This document shows positions 48,578 through 58,825 of a stretch of 64,000 nucleotides of DNA, piece after piece (the first letter of the stretch is position 1; every line of letters begins with the position of its first letter). The notes under the pieces were generated by a model. It did no database searches. It saw only the letters and a list, made by a program, of their open reading frames with translations, and was not told where the DNA came from. The stretch lies in assembly GCA_946965045.2 (NCBI GenBank), contig OX337231.1, positions 2,480,001 to 2,544,000 of the forward strand. The letters run 5' to 3'. A program made the translations under genes and the position numbers. The stretch is from Epithemia pelagica. Taxonomy: Eukaryota > Protista > Bacillariophyta.

Positions 48578-51355
48578 ATGGTGGTTTCTTCTAAACCTAT
48601 CTTTGACGATTCGGATTACGTTTCCTTGGACCCGCCCCAGGGTAGTGGTGGTGTGACAGGAATGAATGCGGTACAAGAACCTTCCCATTCCGGGACTACT
48701 CCATCTGTTGCCCATCATTCGGGGAATGTTTCGCATCATAGCTCAGCCGGTACCAATCTTATTGATTTGAGCTCCCCTCCTTCTCAAGAAAGCTTGTTGA
48801 CTCAGAACGACTCCTCCCAGCAGTTGTTTTCTAACTCCCAGTTGACGACGGGACTGATGTTGTCGGATTCCCATGGTGCTCCTTTGAAGACCTCTCCAAA
48901 CAGTAACCCTTCTCCTTCGTCGACGAACCAATCCTTTGATTTCCATCGTTTGGATATGTTCAAAGGACCCTATCCGATCTCTTCTTCCGAGAAGACTCGC
49001 CTTCTATCCTGCCGCCCGGTGGATTGGGCAGATTCGTTCTGCTCGGAATTTCATCTGGCCCTCGATAGTAATCCCGACCTTTGGATTAATCTCTGTGAGA
49101 AGTTCAACGATGTGATAAACCTTCGTTCTTTCCAGAACTTCCTCTCGTGTGACCTTAACGGGATGCCCCTTGCCTTTATTGGCATTGATCAAGAGAAGAA
49201 CATTCGTTTGTTCCATAATGTTCTCCTTGCTCCAGACTCAGGAACGATTGTGAATCCAGTCCCTTCGTTTGTGTGTTTGACTCAAGCTGCATTTGATAGC
49301 CCTCCGGTCTCTTTGGTTTCTAATGGCTTGGTGAGCTTGTTTATCAGCACGGAATACTCGAACATCCCGACGGCCCAGAAGATCTTCGATGAATGCGTTT
49401 CTGATTTGATGAAGCCTCATTCGGGTGAAGCACGTCCTGCTGATGTTCTCCCAGACTTTCGCTTTGACCCCAAGAAATTCGAACAATTCCAAGTTCCGGA
49501 AGATGATGATGAGGATGATGATGGGGACAGTAATAAGAAACAGAAGTCAGCCCTGAAGAAGGCGACGGATTTCGAGTTCATGGGTTTTACTCCCATTCAT
49601 CCTTCCATCTCCGGTGATCTCTTGAAGTTGTTTTCACACTTTGGATTTGAATCTGCGAATTGCTCCCCCAAGGCCCTCGCTGCCCATATCTTCCACTTCC
49701 TAGTGCGACGTTGGGCGAAATCGATTGGACGAGACGAATTCCGAAAGGCTACGTTTGTTGATGTATCGCACCCAGTCTTTGCAGGTTCCCATTCGTTGTT
49801 TCGCTTCCTTTGGCTCGCGAACCACAAAGCACGATTCTTTGATCCTCTAGTTTTGGATGTCCCTTCTAAGTTTGATGCTGCTTCGCGACTCTTTCGCCGT
49901 CAAGTGCAGAAAGCGTTTCCAGACCAAGCTTCCCCCAAGCGTTCCTTTTCATACTCCTCAGCCCTTCCCACTTCATCGAATTCGAACGAACGGCAACCAG
50001 TGAACCCCCCTCCTGGTCTACCTCCTGCTTCTCTTGTTCCTCATGTTTCCCATACTTCGGTAGGAGGTGTCTACTCGGATGCCATCTACATGACCCAACG
50101 CATGACTGAACAGTTGTCTGAAGTGTTCCTCAAACATTCGAACCGTCTTGTCCGTGAGAAGGATGATGAGAAGAAAGAAGTCTTTAAAAATGCGATCCAC
50201 TTACGAAACGGAATCTTGTTTGGTCAAGTAAATGCTTCATCGAATGAGCTCCCTTCTTCTCCGACAGAAATAGCTCTCGAAGTGTTCCGTCAAAAGAGTA
50301 CTCATACACTTCACTCTTTAATCCAAGCGCGTGTTTTTCGGAAGGCTCAGAATGCTTGCTACATTCTGTTTAGCCAGTGCGGCGTACTTCAAAAATACGG
50401 CCTTCGGTGGAAAGGCGATGATCATCCAAGTGGGTTTTCGCCTTTTTCTTTTGATCCGTATAATAGCGGTGGACCCGAAGCTCACCTGGCACTTGACAAT
50501 GACATTCACAACCACATTTATGAATGTTCTTTACGTCAGGACAATGGTTTATCCACCAAGGATATGCGGGATATTTTCACCGACGAGAAATTGTTCTGTC
50601 CTTTGGTTTGTGATGAGTATTGCCAGCAGCTTCGATCGTATTACTTATTTACTGCTGCCATTCTGGGTAACTCATCGTTTATTGCAGTGCAGATTCATAA
50701 GATGGTTGAGCACTATCTCTCGCACAAGCGGCTTTATCAGATTAGCCAAGCGTATGATCCGAAGTTCCTTACTCAGGTCCTTTTTTCGATTGATGATGCT
50801 GTGCAGCGATTTATTGAGGAGAATCTGGAATCGGCCGAGTGTTTGGAGGACATCTCCTTTGATTCTCTTGAGTACCACACGAACCACCTTTGCTATAAGA
50901 TCGTTTCCCGCGAGAACATCTGCCGTATGCTCCCTCAATTCTTCTTGACGGCTATCAACTCCCAGAGTAACAAGGTCACACCCAATGCGGATAATAACTC
51001 TTCTCAACAGTCATCTTCGAAGTCCAACAAGAAACGAAATGCGGAGAATGGCGGCCAAGATCCTAAACATGACCCTTCGAAACGAGTCAAGTTCGACTCT
51101 CCCAAGGAATGGTGCCTTCCACCCCGACTCAAGTATTCAAGAGTTTTTCCACGTTCGGTCTTGGAAAAGATGCCCACGATGACAGTCGATGGGGTTGAAC
51201 GTGCTTTCTGCAATAAGCTCCTTTCCTTGAAGTCATGTCGTTTGGGAAATGACTGCTATTTCTGCCATGCAGACCCGCGTGAGCACGGAAAAGGTGACGA
51301 GGTCTCTGCCTTCTTCAAGAAAGCTTACGCAGATGCGAAAAAGAATCAATCTTGA
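48578..51355 (+). CDS. Gag-like ORF1 of YR element 1 with C-terminal CCCH zinc finger
   Basis: First ATG 48578; FCNKLLSLKSCRLGNDCYFCH = C-x8-C-x5-C-x3-H; position upstream of RT. Confidence 0.75.
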   Translation: MVVSSKPIFDDSDYVSLDPPQGSGGVTGMNAVQEPSHSGTTPSVAHHSGNVSHHSSAGTNLIDLSSPPSQESLLTQNDSSQQLFSNSQLTTGLMLSDSHGAPLKTSPNSNPSPSSTNQSFDFHRLDMFKGPYPISSSEKTRLLSCRPVDWADSFCSEFHLALDSNPDLWINLCEKFNDVINLRSFQNFLSCDLNGMPLAFIGIDQEKNIRLFHNVLLAPDSGTIVNPVPSFVCLTQAAFDSPPVSLVSNGLVSLFISTEYSNIPTAQKIFDECVSDLMKPHSGEARPADVLPDFRFDPKKFEQFQVPEDDDEDDDGDSNKKQKSALKKATDFEFMGFTPIHPSISGDLLKLFSHFGFESANCSPKALAAHIFHFLVRRWAKSIGRDEFRKATFVDVSHPVFAGSHSLFRFLWLANHKARFFDPLVLDVPSKFDAASRLFRRQVQKAFPDQASPKRSFSYSSALPTSSNSNERQPVNPPPGLPPASLVPHVSHTSVGGVYSDAIYMTQRMTEQLSEVFLKHSNRLVREKDDEKKEVFKNAIHLRNGILFGQVNASSNELPSSPTEIALEVFRQKSTHTLHSLIQARVFRKAQNACYILFSQCGVLQKYGLRWKGDDHPSGFSPFSFDPYNSGGPEAHLALDNDIHNHIYECSLRQDNGLSTKDMRDIFTDEKLFCPLVCDEYCQQLRSYYLFTAAILGNSSFIAVQIHKMVEHYLSHKRLYQISQAYDPKFLTQVLFSIDDAVQRFIEENLESAECLEDISFDSLEYHTNHLCYKIVSRENICRMLPQFFLTAINSQSNKVTPNADNNSSQQSSSKSNKKRNAENGGQDPKHDPSKRVKFDSPKEWCLPPRLKYSRVFPRSVLEKMPTMTVDGVERAFCNKLLSLKSCRLGNDCYFCHADPREHGKGDEVSAFFKKAYADAKKNQS

Positions 51356-54300
51356 CAGGATCTTGGGTTGATTGATGTTTCAGATAGTCCCTCTTACCCT
51401 TTCAGTTCTTCCAGTTCTTCCTATCTGTCTTCTTTCAACCCGCCAGTTGTAGGGTCCTCTTTGATTGACGGTTCAGACTCTATTACTATTCTAGAGGTAC
51501 CGAAGAGCGCTACCCCTCCTGCAACATTGGTCCCAGTGCCTCGAGTTCCCACACCTTTGTTCCCAGAACGATTTTCCGATGAACACCAACCAACGATCGA
51601 AGAAATACAAGACCGCTTTGTCCCCGAAGTCCGACCAGAACCTGTTCGTAGCTCTCGATCGGTTAGCTTCTCCGAGACAACCCCCTGTCGTCGATTTCGT
51701 CCGTCGCAACCGGCTTCCAGATGTCGACGACTCCGATCCCCATCTCGTGGAGATATTTCAGTACGATCAGTGTTGAAAGGATCTTTTGTTCCTCTGGATT
51801 CAGATTCGGAAGATCAAGTTTCTAATACAGAAGCTTATACAGTGGTTGACCCCGCGATTAGTTCTACTAATCAACGCCTTGTTTCGACAGTGGCACAGGC
51901 GTCAGTCGCTGAAAATCGCCCGGCGATCCTCGATGATCCCTCGCCTGGCTCTCAAATTTCGATTGGTAAATCAAGGGCCTATGGAGCTCCTACTCCCAAC
52001 ATTGCTTCGGATCAATCAGGACGAGCCTTGAATCGTAATCTGGCTCGACTGCAATCAGAGATCCGAGAAGCAGAAGATATGTTAGGTGAGTCCGACTCAG
52101 TTCCCCGTTTTCCTAGTACCAACACAACAACCGAGGTGATATCTGCCGAACGGCAGAGTCACCTCCCGAACGATCTGTCGCAAATCTTCACGAGAAAGAT
52201 TATGCGTCCTGTTGTCCGCCCTCCTTGCTTATCGCACAAGTTGGAAACATTTATCTCGATATGCGACCGACCAGTACCGACTCCATCCGCGTCTCCGTTT
52301 GTGCACCTTTCATCGATGGATGCGGCCACCAAAAATGCGACGTTGATTGCTGAGTTTAACTTCGATCTCCAAGCTGTGTTCGATGCCTTTCCCAAGTCGA
52401 CGGTTAGTCCAGGATCGGAGTTCCGTGACGTTGAAGACTTCAAACGAGTTCCCGGAACGCACCCATTTTGGGACAGAATCGAGGATATTCTGACCAAGGG
52501 AGCTCGTTACACATTTAAATCGACCCCTTCCGAAGACGCTCGGATTCGCGAGAATGAAGCGATTCTCGAATATGGGAATCATGCCTCCGCCCGTAAGAAA
52601 CCGGAAGCCCTCCGCAAAGTGTCTGCCAAAGATATGAAATATGGCTATGCACTTCCAGTGACATTTGAATGCGCCAGGAAACTGAAGAACGGCCGAGCAG
52701 GCCCATTGGGGGTGGCCCAACATGCCGGCATTGACGAAAAAGGCGAGATCATTCTGAAAGACAGACTTGCACACGATCAAACCTTCTCGCTGGGCTACGC
52801 TCCGTCGGTTAATGACTTGGTTGACGAATCTGTGTTGATTGATTTGGTATATGGTTGGTGTATCGATAGACTTATACACCAAATGGTTGCAATCCGAGCC
52901 GCGTGCCCCCAGAAACGGATACTGATATGTAAGTTTGATTGGGGGTTGGCATATCGCCGAATCAATGGGGATGGAACCTTGGTTGCGAGTTCCATAACAA
53001 CCGATGCCGATGGCGAATTTGCAAACCTTCTATTGAGACTATCCTTTGGCGGGCGACCTCATCCGGCTATGTTTAGTACCATTTCCGAGGCTGCCTGCGA
53101 CTTGTGTAATGACTTGGTGGAAGTGGACGACTGGCATCCTTCCAAATGTGGTTCACCCTTACAGAACCTCATGGGCCCAGTCAAGCGATTGGCCGATGAC
53201 ACCCCGTTTGCACAAAGCAAGACCTTGGCAGTGGACGTTCAACCACACCCGAGAGGGTTCCACGACGTCTACCTGGATGATATGATTCAGTTGTTCGTGG
53301 ACGATCCCGAGATCGTGGATAGAACTCCTGGAATTGTTCCATTTGTTCTTCACATGATGGTCAGACCGAAAAGTGACGACGAACCCATTGCGCGCAATGA
53401 CATTCTAGCCGAGGATAAAATGGCCGCAGAAGGTTCCCCATCCGAGGAGATGCGAGTTCTGGGTTGGTTGTTGGATTCGAGACGCATGCTTATCCGACTC
53501 CCAACAGACAAATTTATCAATTGGACGAAGTCTGTCGAGGCCATGATTCATACCAAGACATGCACATTCGACGCAGTCGAGTCACTTTTGGGAAAGCTGG
53601 TTCATGCATCGAAAGGGATTCCTCTCGCACGATATTATACCAAGCGACTCCGTCAATTTGTGAATCGCATTCTCCAAAAGCACCGTGCCAAACAAGATCA
53701 GGAACCTCCGTCGACCACCGATGACTCGTCTCCGAAAATAACGGGAGCGAAACGAGGACGAGGCAATAAACCCAAGCCATGGCTTCGATATAAGTTTCCC
53801 GATGCTTGCCGACCCGATCTCCATATATGGAAACGGCTGCTCCGCAAAGCACACGACGGAGTAAGCTTCAACTTGCTTACCTGCCGACGACCGACGCAAG
53901 TGTTCATTGCCGACTCATGCCCAACGGCATGGGCGGCTTCTCGGTTCGCACAGGAAAAGCATGGCATTGCGAATTGGACCCGGATATCTATGCTCTTGCA
54001 GCCACAGAGAAAGATATGAAAGAAGACGAGATCTTTGGGAAACCCGACCACAAACTGTCGAATAACTTGTTCGAGTTCATTTGTCAAGTCATCACAGTGT
54101 GGATTGCATGTATCAACGAGTCTATGGAGGAAGAAGACTGCGTACTCAGTCTTTCGGATAGCAGCTCCGCCACCGGCTGGCTGCACAAGTCGTCCTTTGG
54201 CATCCAAAAACTGAACCACCAACGGGTCTCAGAAAAACTGACGGTTTTGGCCCTCGAACACAACTTTACACTCCATCCAGAACATATTCCTGGACGGATC

Positions 54301-54813
54301 AATCATGTCACTGACATGCTTTCCCGAACCTTTGATTGTTGCGACGAAGTTCTCACGACCAAAATTCGTTCTACTTACCCATCACAGGTTCCGAGCAATT
54401 TCCAGATATACCCCCTTCCAGTCGAGATCAAGTCCTGGCTCTCCTTGGTCGCACCGCTGCGACACGAATCTTCTTCGGGAAAGTTGAATCCTCCCATGCA
54501 GACCAGGACCGAACTTGGAAACGGTGGAACGACCACTTGCGACTCCTCAGACTCGAGTCCGACCCCTTTTTGGACGGCGTCTCGTCCATTCGGCATAGAT
54601 CGCAGATCGTGTGCATCTTCCTCCAAAGACTCCGTGACGGAGCTTTCAGCAGGGGGGTTACGCACGATCTACGAACGGGCACTCTCGAGAAGGCCCTTGG
54701 CAACTTGGCATCGCGATTTCGGTATCACGACCGGCCAAGCCCTTGCCACATCCAAGGCTGCAACAGGTTGCACCCCCTCATCGAATCCCTCAAGCGCGCT
54801 TGGCGACACTTAG
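51356..54813 (+). pseudogene. RT-RNase H ORF2 of YR element 1, 1-nt frameshift at ~53922
   Basis: KDRLAHDQTF, CKFDWGLAYRRI, RLSFGG, VYLDD; RH DSCP|NGMGG, NNLFEF, SDSSSA, HIPGRINHVTDMLSR split across two frames. Confidence 0.85.
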
Positions 54814-55718
54814 ACCCCGAGGAGAAACGACAAAAGGCAGTGACTCCCCGCCACTTACGACATATGTGGATTGAAATAACAGGAAGTGATCAAGATGGGT
54901 CGAATCCAAAGGACCTGGCCTCGTTCAAAGCGTGCAACGCCGACCTTGCACTCGCTGGATACTTCAACGCATGCAGGAGCTGCGAATATCTGACAGTCAA
55001 ACAGCGCGGTAAGACAAGGCTTCTCACAATCGGCAATATCGCGTTCTACTGCAACGACGAGAGGAGAACCCCGATCGACCCACTCCACCCCGAATTCACT
55101 TTCCGAGCCTTCTTCGTCTCCGTCACCTTCGTCGCCCAGAAGAACGGCGAAAAATTCCAGACAAGAACCCAAAGTAGAACAAACGACAAGATCCTGTGCC
55201 CCGTCCGACTGTGGGGCAGGATAATTCGGCGCATCTTACACTACCGACCGGATGCCGATCCCGATACTCCGGTTAATTGTTGGTTTGACCCCGAGGTCGC
55301 CGCCAAGGGCAAGACACCCTCAACAAGATTTGTAAGAGCAGAGGACACCATCAAGATTCTCCGAGAATCATGCGCAAGTGGAGGAGGCATCGGCCGTTTT
55401 GGTTACCGTCCCCTGGACATCGGGACACACTCACTGCGCTCGGGCGCAGCGATGGCATTATTCCTTGCAGGGACATCGGTGTTGAAGATCATGATACTTG
55501 GAAGATGGTCATCAGCAGCATTCTTGCGTTACATACGTCCGCAAGTAATGGAATGGACCGCGGGCATGTCCGCCAACATGCTCCGGAACCCCGACTTCCG
55601 ACACGTCGACCCAGCCAATAACCGAACCATCACACAAGGTGACGTGGATGCTTTACAAAACAAACCTGGAGGCTGCCATCGAGTCCCCAGAAGAGATTAC
55701 TTTCAATGGCTCCGTTGA
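54336..55718 (+). CDS. Tyrosine recombinase ORF3 of YR element 1 (overlaps RH end)
   Basis: NACRSCEY (R), GTHSLRSG (HxxR), LGRWSSAAFLRYIR (W, catalytic Y); start uncertain. Confidence 0.88.
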   Translation: MLRRSSHDQNSFYLPITGSEQFPDIPPSSRDQVLALLGRTAATRIFFGKVESSHADQDRTWKRWNDHLRLLRLESDPFLDGVSSIRHRSQIVCIFLQRLRDGAFSRGVTHDLRTGTLEKALGNLASRFRYHDRPSPCHIQGCNRLHPLIESLKRAWRHLDPEEKRQKAVTPRHLRHMWIEITGSDQDGSNPKDLASFKACNADLALAGYFNACRSCEYLTVKQRGKTRLLTIGNIAFYCNDERRTPIDPLHPEFTFRAFFVSVTFVAQKNGEKFQTRTQSRTNDKILCPVRLWGRIIRRILHYRPDADPDTPVNCWFDPEVAAKGKTPSTRFVRAEDTIKILRESCASGGGIGRFGYRPLDIGTHSLRSGAAMALFLAGTSVLKIMILGRWSSAAFLRYIRPQVMEWTAGMSANMLRNPDFRHVDPANNRTITQGDVDALQNKPGGCHRVPRRDYFQWLR

Positions 55719-55955
55719 ATTCGCCACCTTTACTTCTCAACTCAACCTTGGATTCTGAAGCCATCGAATCGGCGACTGGTTGATTGCAATGTGTCGAATC
55801 CGTCTTCAGTGGTGTTGGGAGCCATCTTTTTGGTTCCGGGGCCTTTACAGCACACGCGTCTACTCCTAGCGTGCTCTAGAACTACAATGAGAGAGACCTG
55901 CACGACGACAGAGCGCCACGATAGCTGCAGGATGTGGTCGCTGGGTCATCCCCTC

Positions 55956-56153
55956 GTTGTCTGTCGTGCGTACGTCGTGACGCGGCAGGAGTTCGGGAGC
56001 AGATGTTCAGACATCAGATGGACGGGCACGCGCAGAGCGCGCACACGGCCACGGTCGGCGCGCAACTTTCGTTGGAGCTGGAGAGCAGAACATCAGCATC
56101 AGAGTCGAGCTCACAATCTTGGGATAGTGAGCAAAGACACGAACTTTGCCATC
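55956..56153 (+). repeat. Terminal repeat A2 of YR element 1
   Basis: Matches 48322-48519. Confidence 0.92.
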
Positions 56154-56449
56154 GCTCCGTACCCCACAGGTCAAGAAGGGACCGACGGACGAACGAAGAA
56201 GAAAAATGACGTGGCTCCCTACGAGACTTCTCGGGACACGTCAGGAAGTTTGGTTGGGTGAAGTTAGAAGATACTTCCCAACCAATATCGAACGAACGAT
56301 GATTTCATAAGTTGACGAAAAGAAGCAACCTCAACGCAAGCACGGATCTGATCACCCAGTGTTTCTTTGTGGTTCTCTTTTTTGTTTTCTTTTTTGCTCC
56401 CTGTCGATCGTGCCAACCACTCTTACGTTCTGTGTTCTCTTTTGACACG

Positions 56450-58825
56450 ATGAAGTTTGATTGGGTCGGGACTTCGGAATCCTCGCCCTCTGTGGGGTCG
56501 TCAGGTGAGTCTGTTAGTGTTGTGACCGGGGGGGGTGCCCTACGTTCGGGTACTCTCTACGGTATCCTGCGGATGGATGAATCCGTCTTTGTGGGCCTCT
56601 GTCGGGGCGTGATTGGTTCTGGTCAACGAATTTGTCTACGTCAAGATTGTTCTATCGCTTCGCATTCCTCCAAGAAAGCTTCCTGGGCCCAACTTGCCGG
56701 CGACGAAACCCATTGCCTGTTTATCCGCGGCGCTGGGGGCAGTGACATCGAATCTTCTTCTTCTATCTTCTCGTCTCCGGTCCTCCCGGGTTCGTATATC
56801 CAAGATGCCGAATGGTCCGAGCTTGAGACCTGCCCTCGCAGTCTCGAGAGCTGGCAAGCAACCTTCTCGGCCCTACGCGATACCGTTCTAACTTCAGGAC
56901 ATGATGCAATCGATGGGAAAACGGTAGCTGATTTGCTGGAAACTACCAAGTCCGAGACCAAGTTTATTTATACTCCGGCAAGAAAGAAGGTGAAGCTTCA
57001 GCCCATCCTTGACGACATGGAAGAGGACCAGAAGGCTGAGTTTCTGTCTTCAGAAGATTCGGCTCCATCTCCCCTTTCGTTTGTCAATGTTCCGAGGGAG
57101 TTGGGTGCTCAGCCTACCTCAGCTTTCAAGAACTTATCCCAAGGAGCCTGGAAAGACCTTTTGACGAATGTCTCAGTTCTGAAGAGTGCCCTTGAGGAAG
57201 AACAATTGAAACGACGCGACACACACTCGCGAGTTGACGGTCAGTTGGACTCTGTCCAAATGAAACTATTGGTATTGCATGAATTGCTCGGAGAACGCCC
57301 CGCCTCTTTTGGCACTCTGTCGGCATTTGGCTTGATGGAACGGTTGTCCGCCACCGTGGAATCACTTCAGTGTACCATTCAAGATCTCAAGAAAGAGGGA
57401 ATGACTGCACCGCCACTCGATGTAATGAATCGGTTGAAGCAGATGGAAAGCCACGTGCAGGATTTCTCGGTGTCAGTAACCAAACTTTGCAACCTACAGA
57501 TTGAACAGTTCTTCACCACGGGTGACTTCAGGACCCGGTTCATTGACCCAACTATGCGGCTTCTCTCGCGTTCTTCCGCATCCGCATCCGATCCGGGAGG
57601 CAAATGGGAAGGTGACCTGGCTGGTCTGACCCAACGGGTCTCTGCTTTGGAAGCAGCTGGAGCTCACATTAGTAGTGCACCAAATCCGGGAAATGGTGTT
57701 GGGACAGGATCTATGTTCGCATGGGGATCTGGTTTTGGGCAGCCTGTGGGACCTAGCAGTATGACAGGAAGCTCACAGCCGAATACAATGGGGCAAGCGG
57801 GCACGGGGTCGGTGACCCCGGCAGACTTCATCGCGTTGAAGGAAGAGGTGGCCCGTCTGAAAACGGATGTGAAGGACCTTCAAGATCAAGCGGAATCGGA
57901 TGCCATTGTGGTGGGATCGATTGTATTCTCGTCCAGGAAATTTTGTGATGCCTGGCTGTTGTTGCATGGAGCTGAAGCAGACCCTCATGTTTTCGTAGAC
58001 GCTGTCTCGCTCCTATCCTTGGCGACTTCCGATGCGAGCTTGGACGAAGCTCATGCCGCTAACCAGCGAGCCACAACTACAAAGGTGAAGGACAAATCGC
58101 CGTATCACACGGCATTCATCGCTTCCTTCAATTTGGAAGTCCCTCCTCTCTTGGGAAAAGGAAGCGATTCTTCGCTGACAACGAATTCGAGGGCCTTGGC
58201 CGGAGTACCAAAATTTGTGGACTTTCACCCTCCGTCAGGCCGTGAAGGAATCCATCAAAGGATTCTAGACTATGTCAAGGATGGTAGGAAGACAATCCAC
58301 CAAGCAATTGACGACCTTTTTGCTTTTGGTTCGGAACCATCCAGTGTCGCCCGAGAGCTTCTTTTACTGAGTAAGACTTTCTGGGATGACCTATGTCACT
58401 GGATGGTTCGCTACCATCGGGAGGTGAAAGAGGAAAGCGACGCCAGCGAGAACTAAGTATGGGTGCTAATCTCACACTGCGTCCGTGCAGTGTTCAAGAG
58501 TCTTCGCGACGCAAGAGCGCCCGGACGCGCATCGAATTCTGCGGGTGGAATGCTTTGGGGAACTCTTCGGGCCCATGAGGTCATGCGAGAGTATCGCGCT
58601 CATGAGTTTAGCGGACACCCCAAAATTGCGCTCATTCTACACGAGCACCTCATACGCTTCTCTACACCTCGCTCCAAATTTGAGCTTCTACAATTTGAAT
58701 TCAATGAAAAATTAGAAAAGATGCAACGATCAGTTAATCAGGTTGTGTCATCCGTTAACAAGAAAGGAGGAGGAAGTAACAAGGCTGCTGTTTCATCCGG
58801 CGAGTCTAGCAAGAAAGGAAACTGA
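56450..58825 (+). pseudogene. Gag-like ORF1 of YR element 2 with in-frame TAA at 58454-58456
   Basis: Cys/His cluster LCRGVIGSGQRICLRQDCSIASH, coiled coils; frame reads ASEN*VWVLISHCVRAVF across the stop. Confidence 0.72.

Larger units (their letters stand above)
48322..56153 (+). mobile_element. Tyrosine-recombinase retrotransposon 1 (Ngaro/DIRS-like, direct repeats)
   Basis: 198-bp direct repeats at 48322-48519 and 55956-56153 (1 mismatch); gag-like, RT-RH and YR ORFs; no TSD. Confidence 0.88.
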
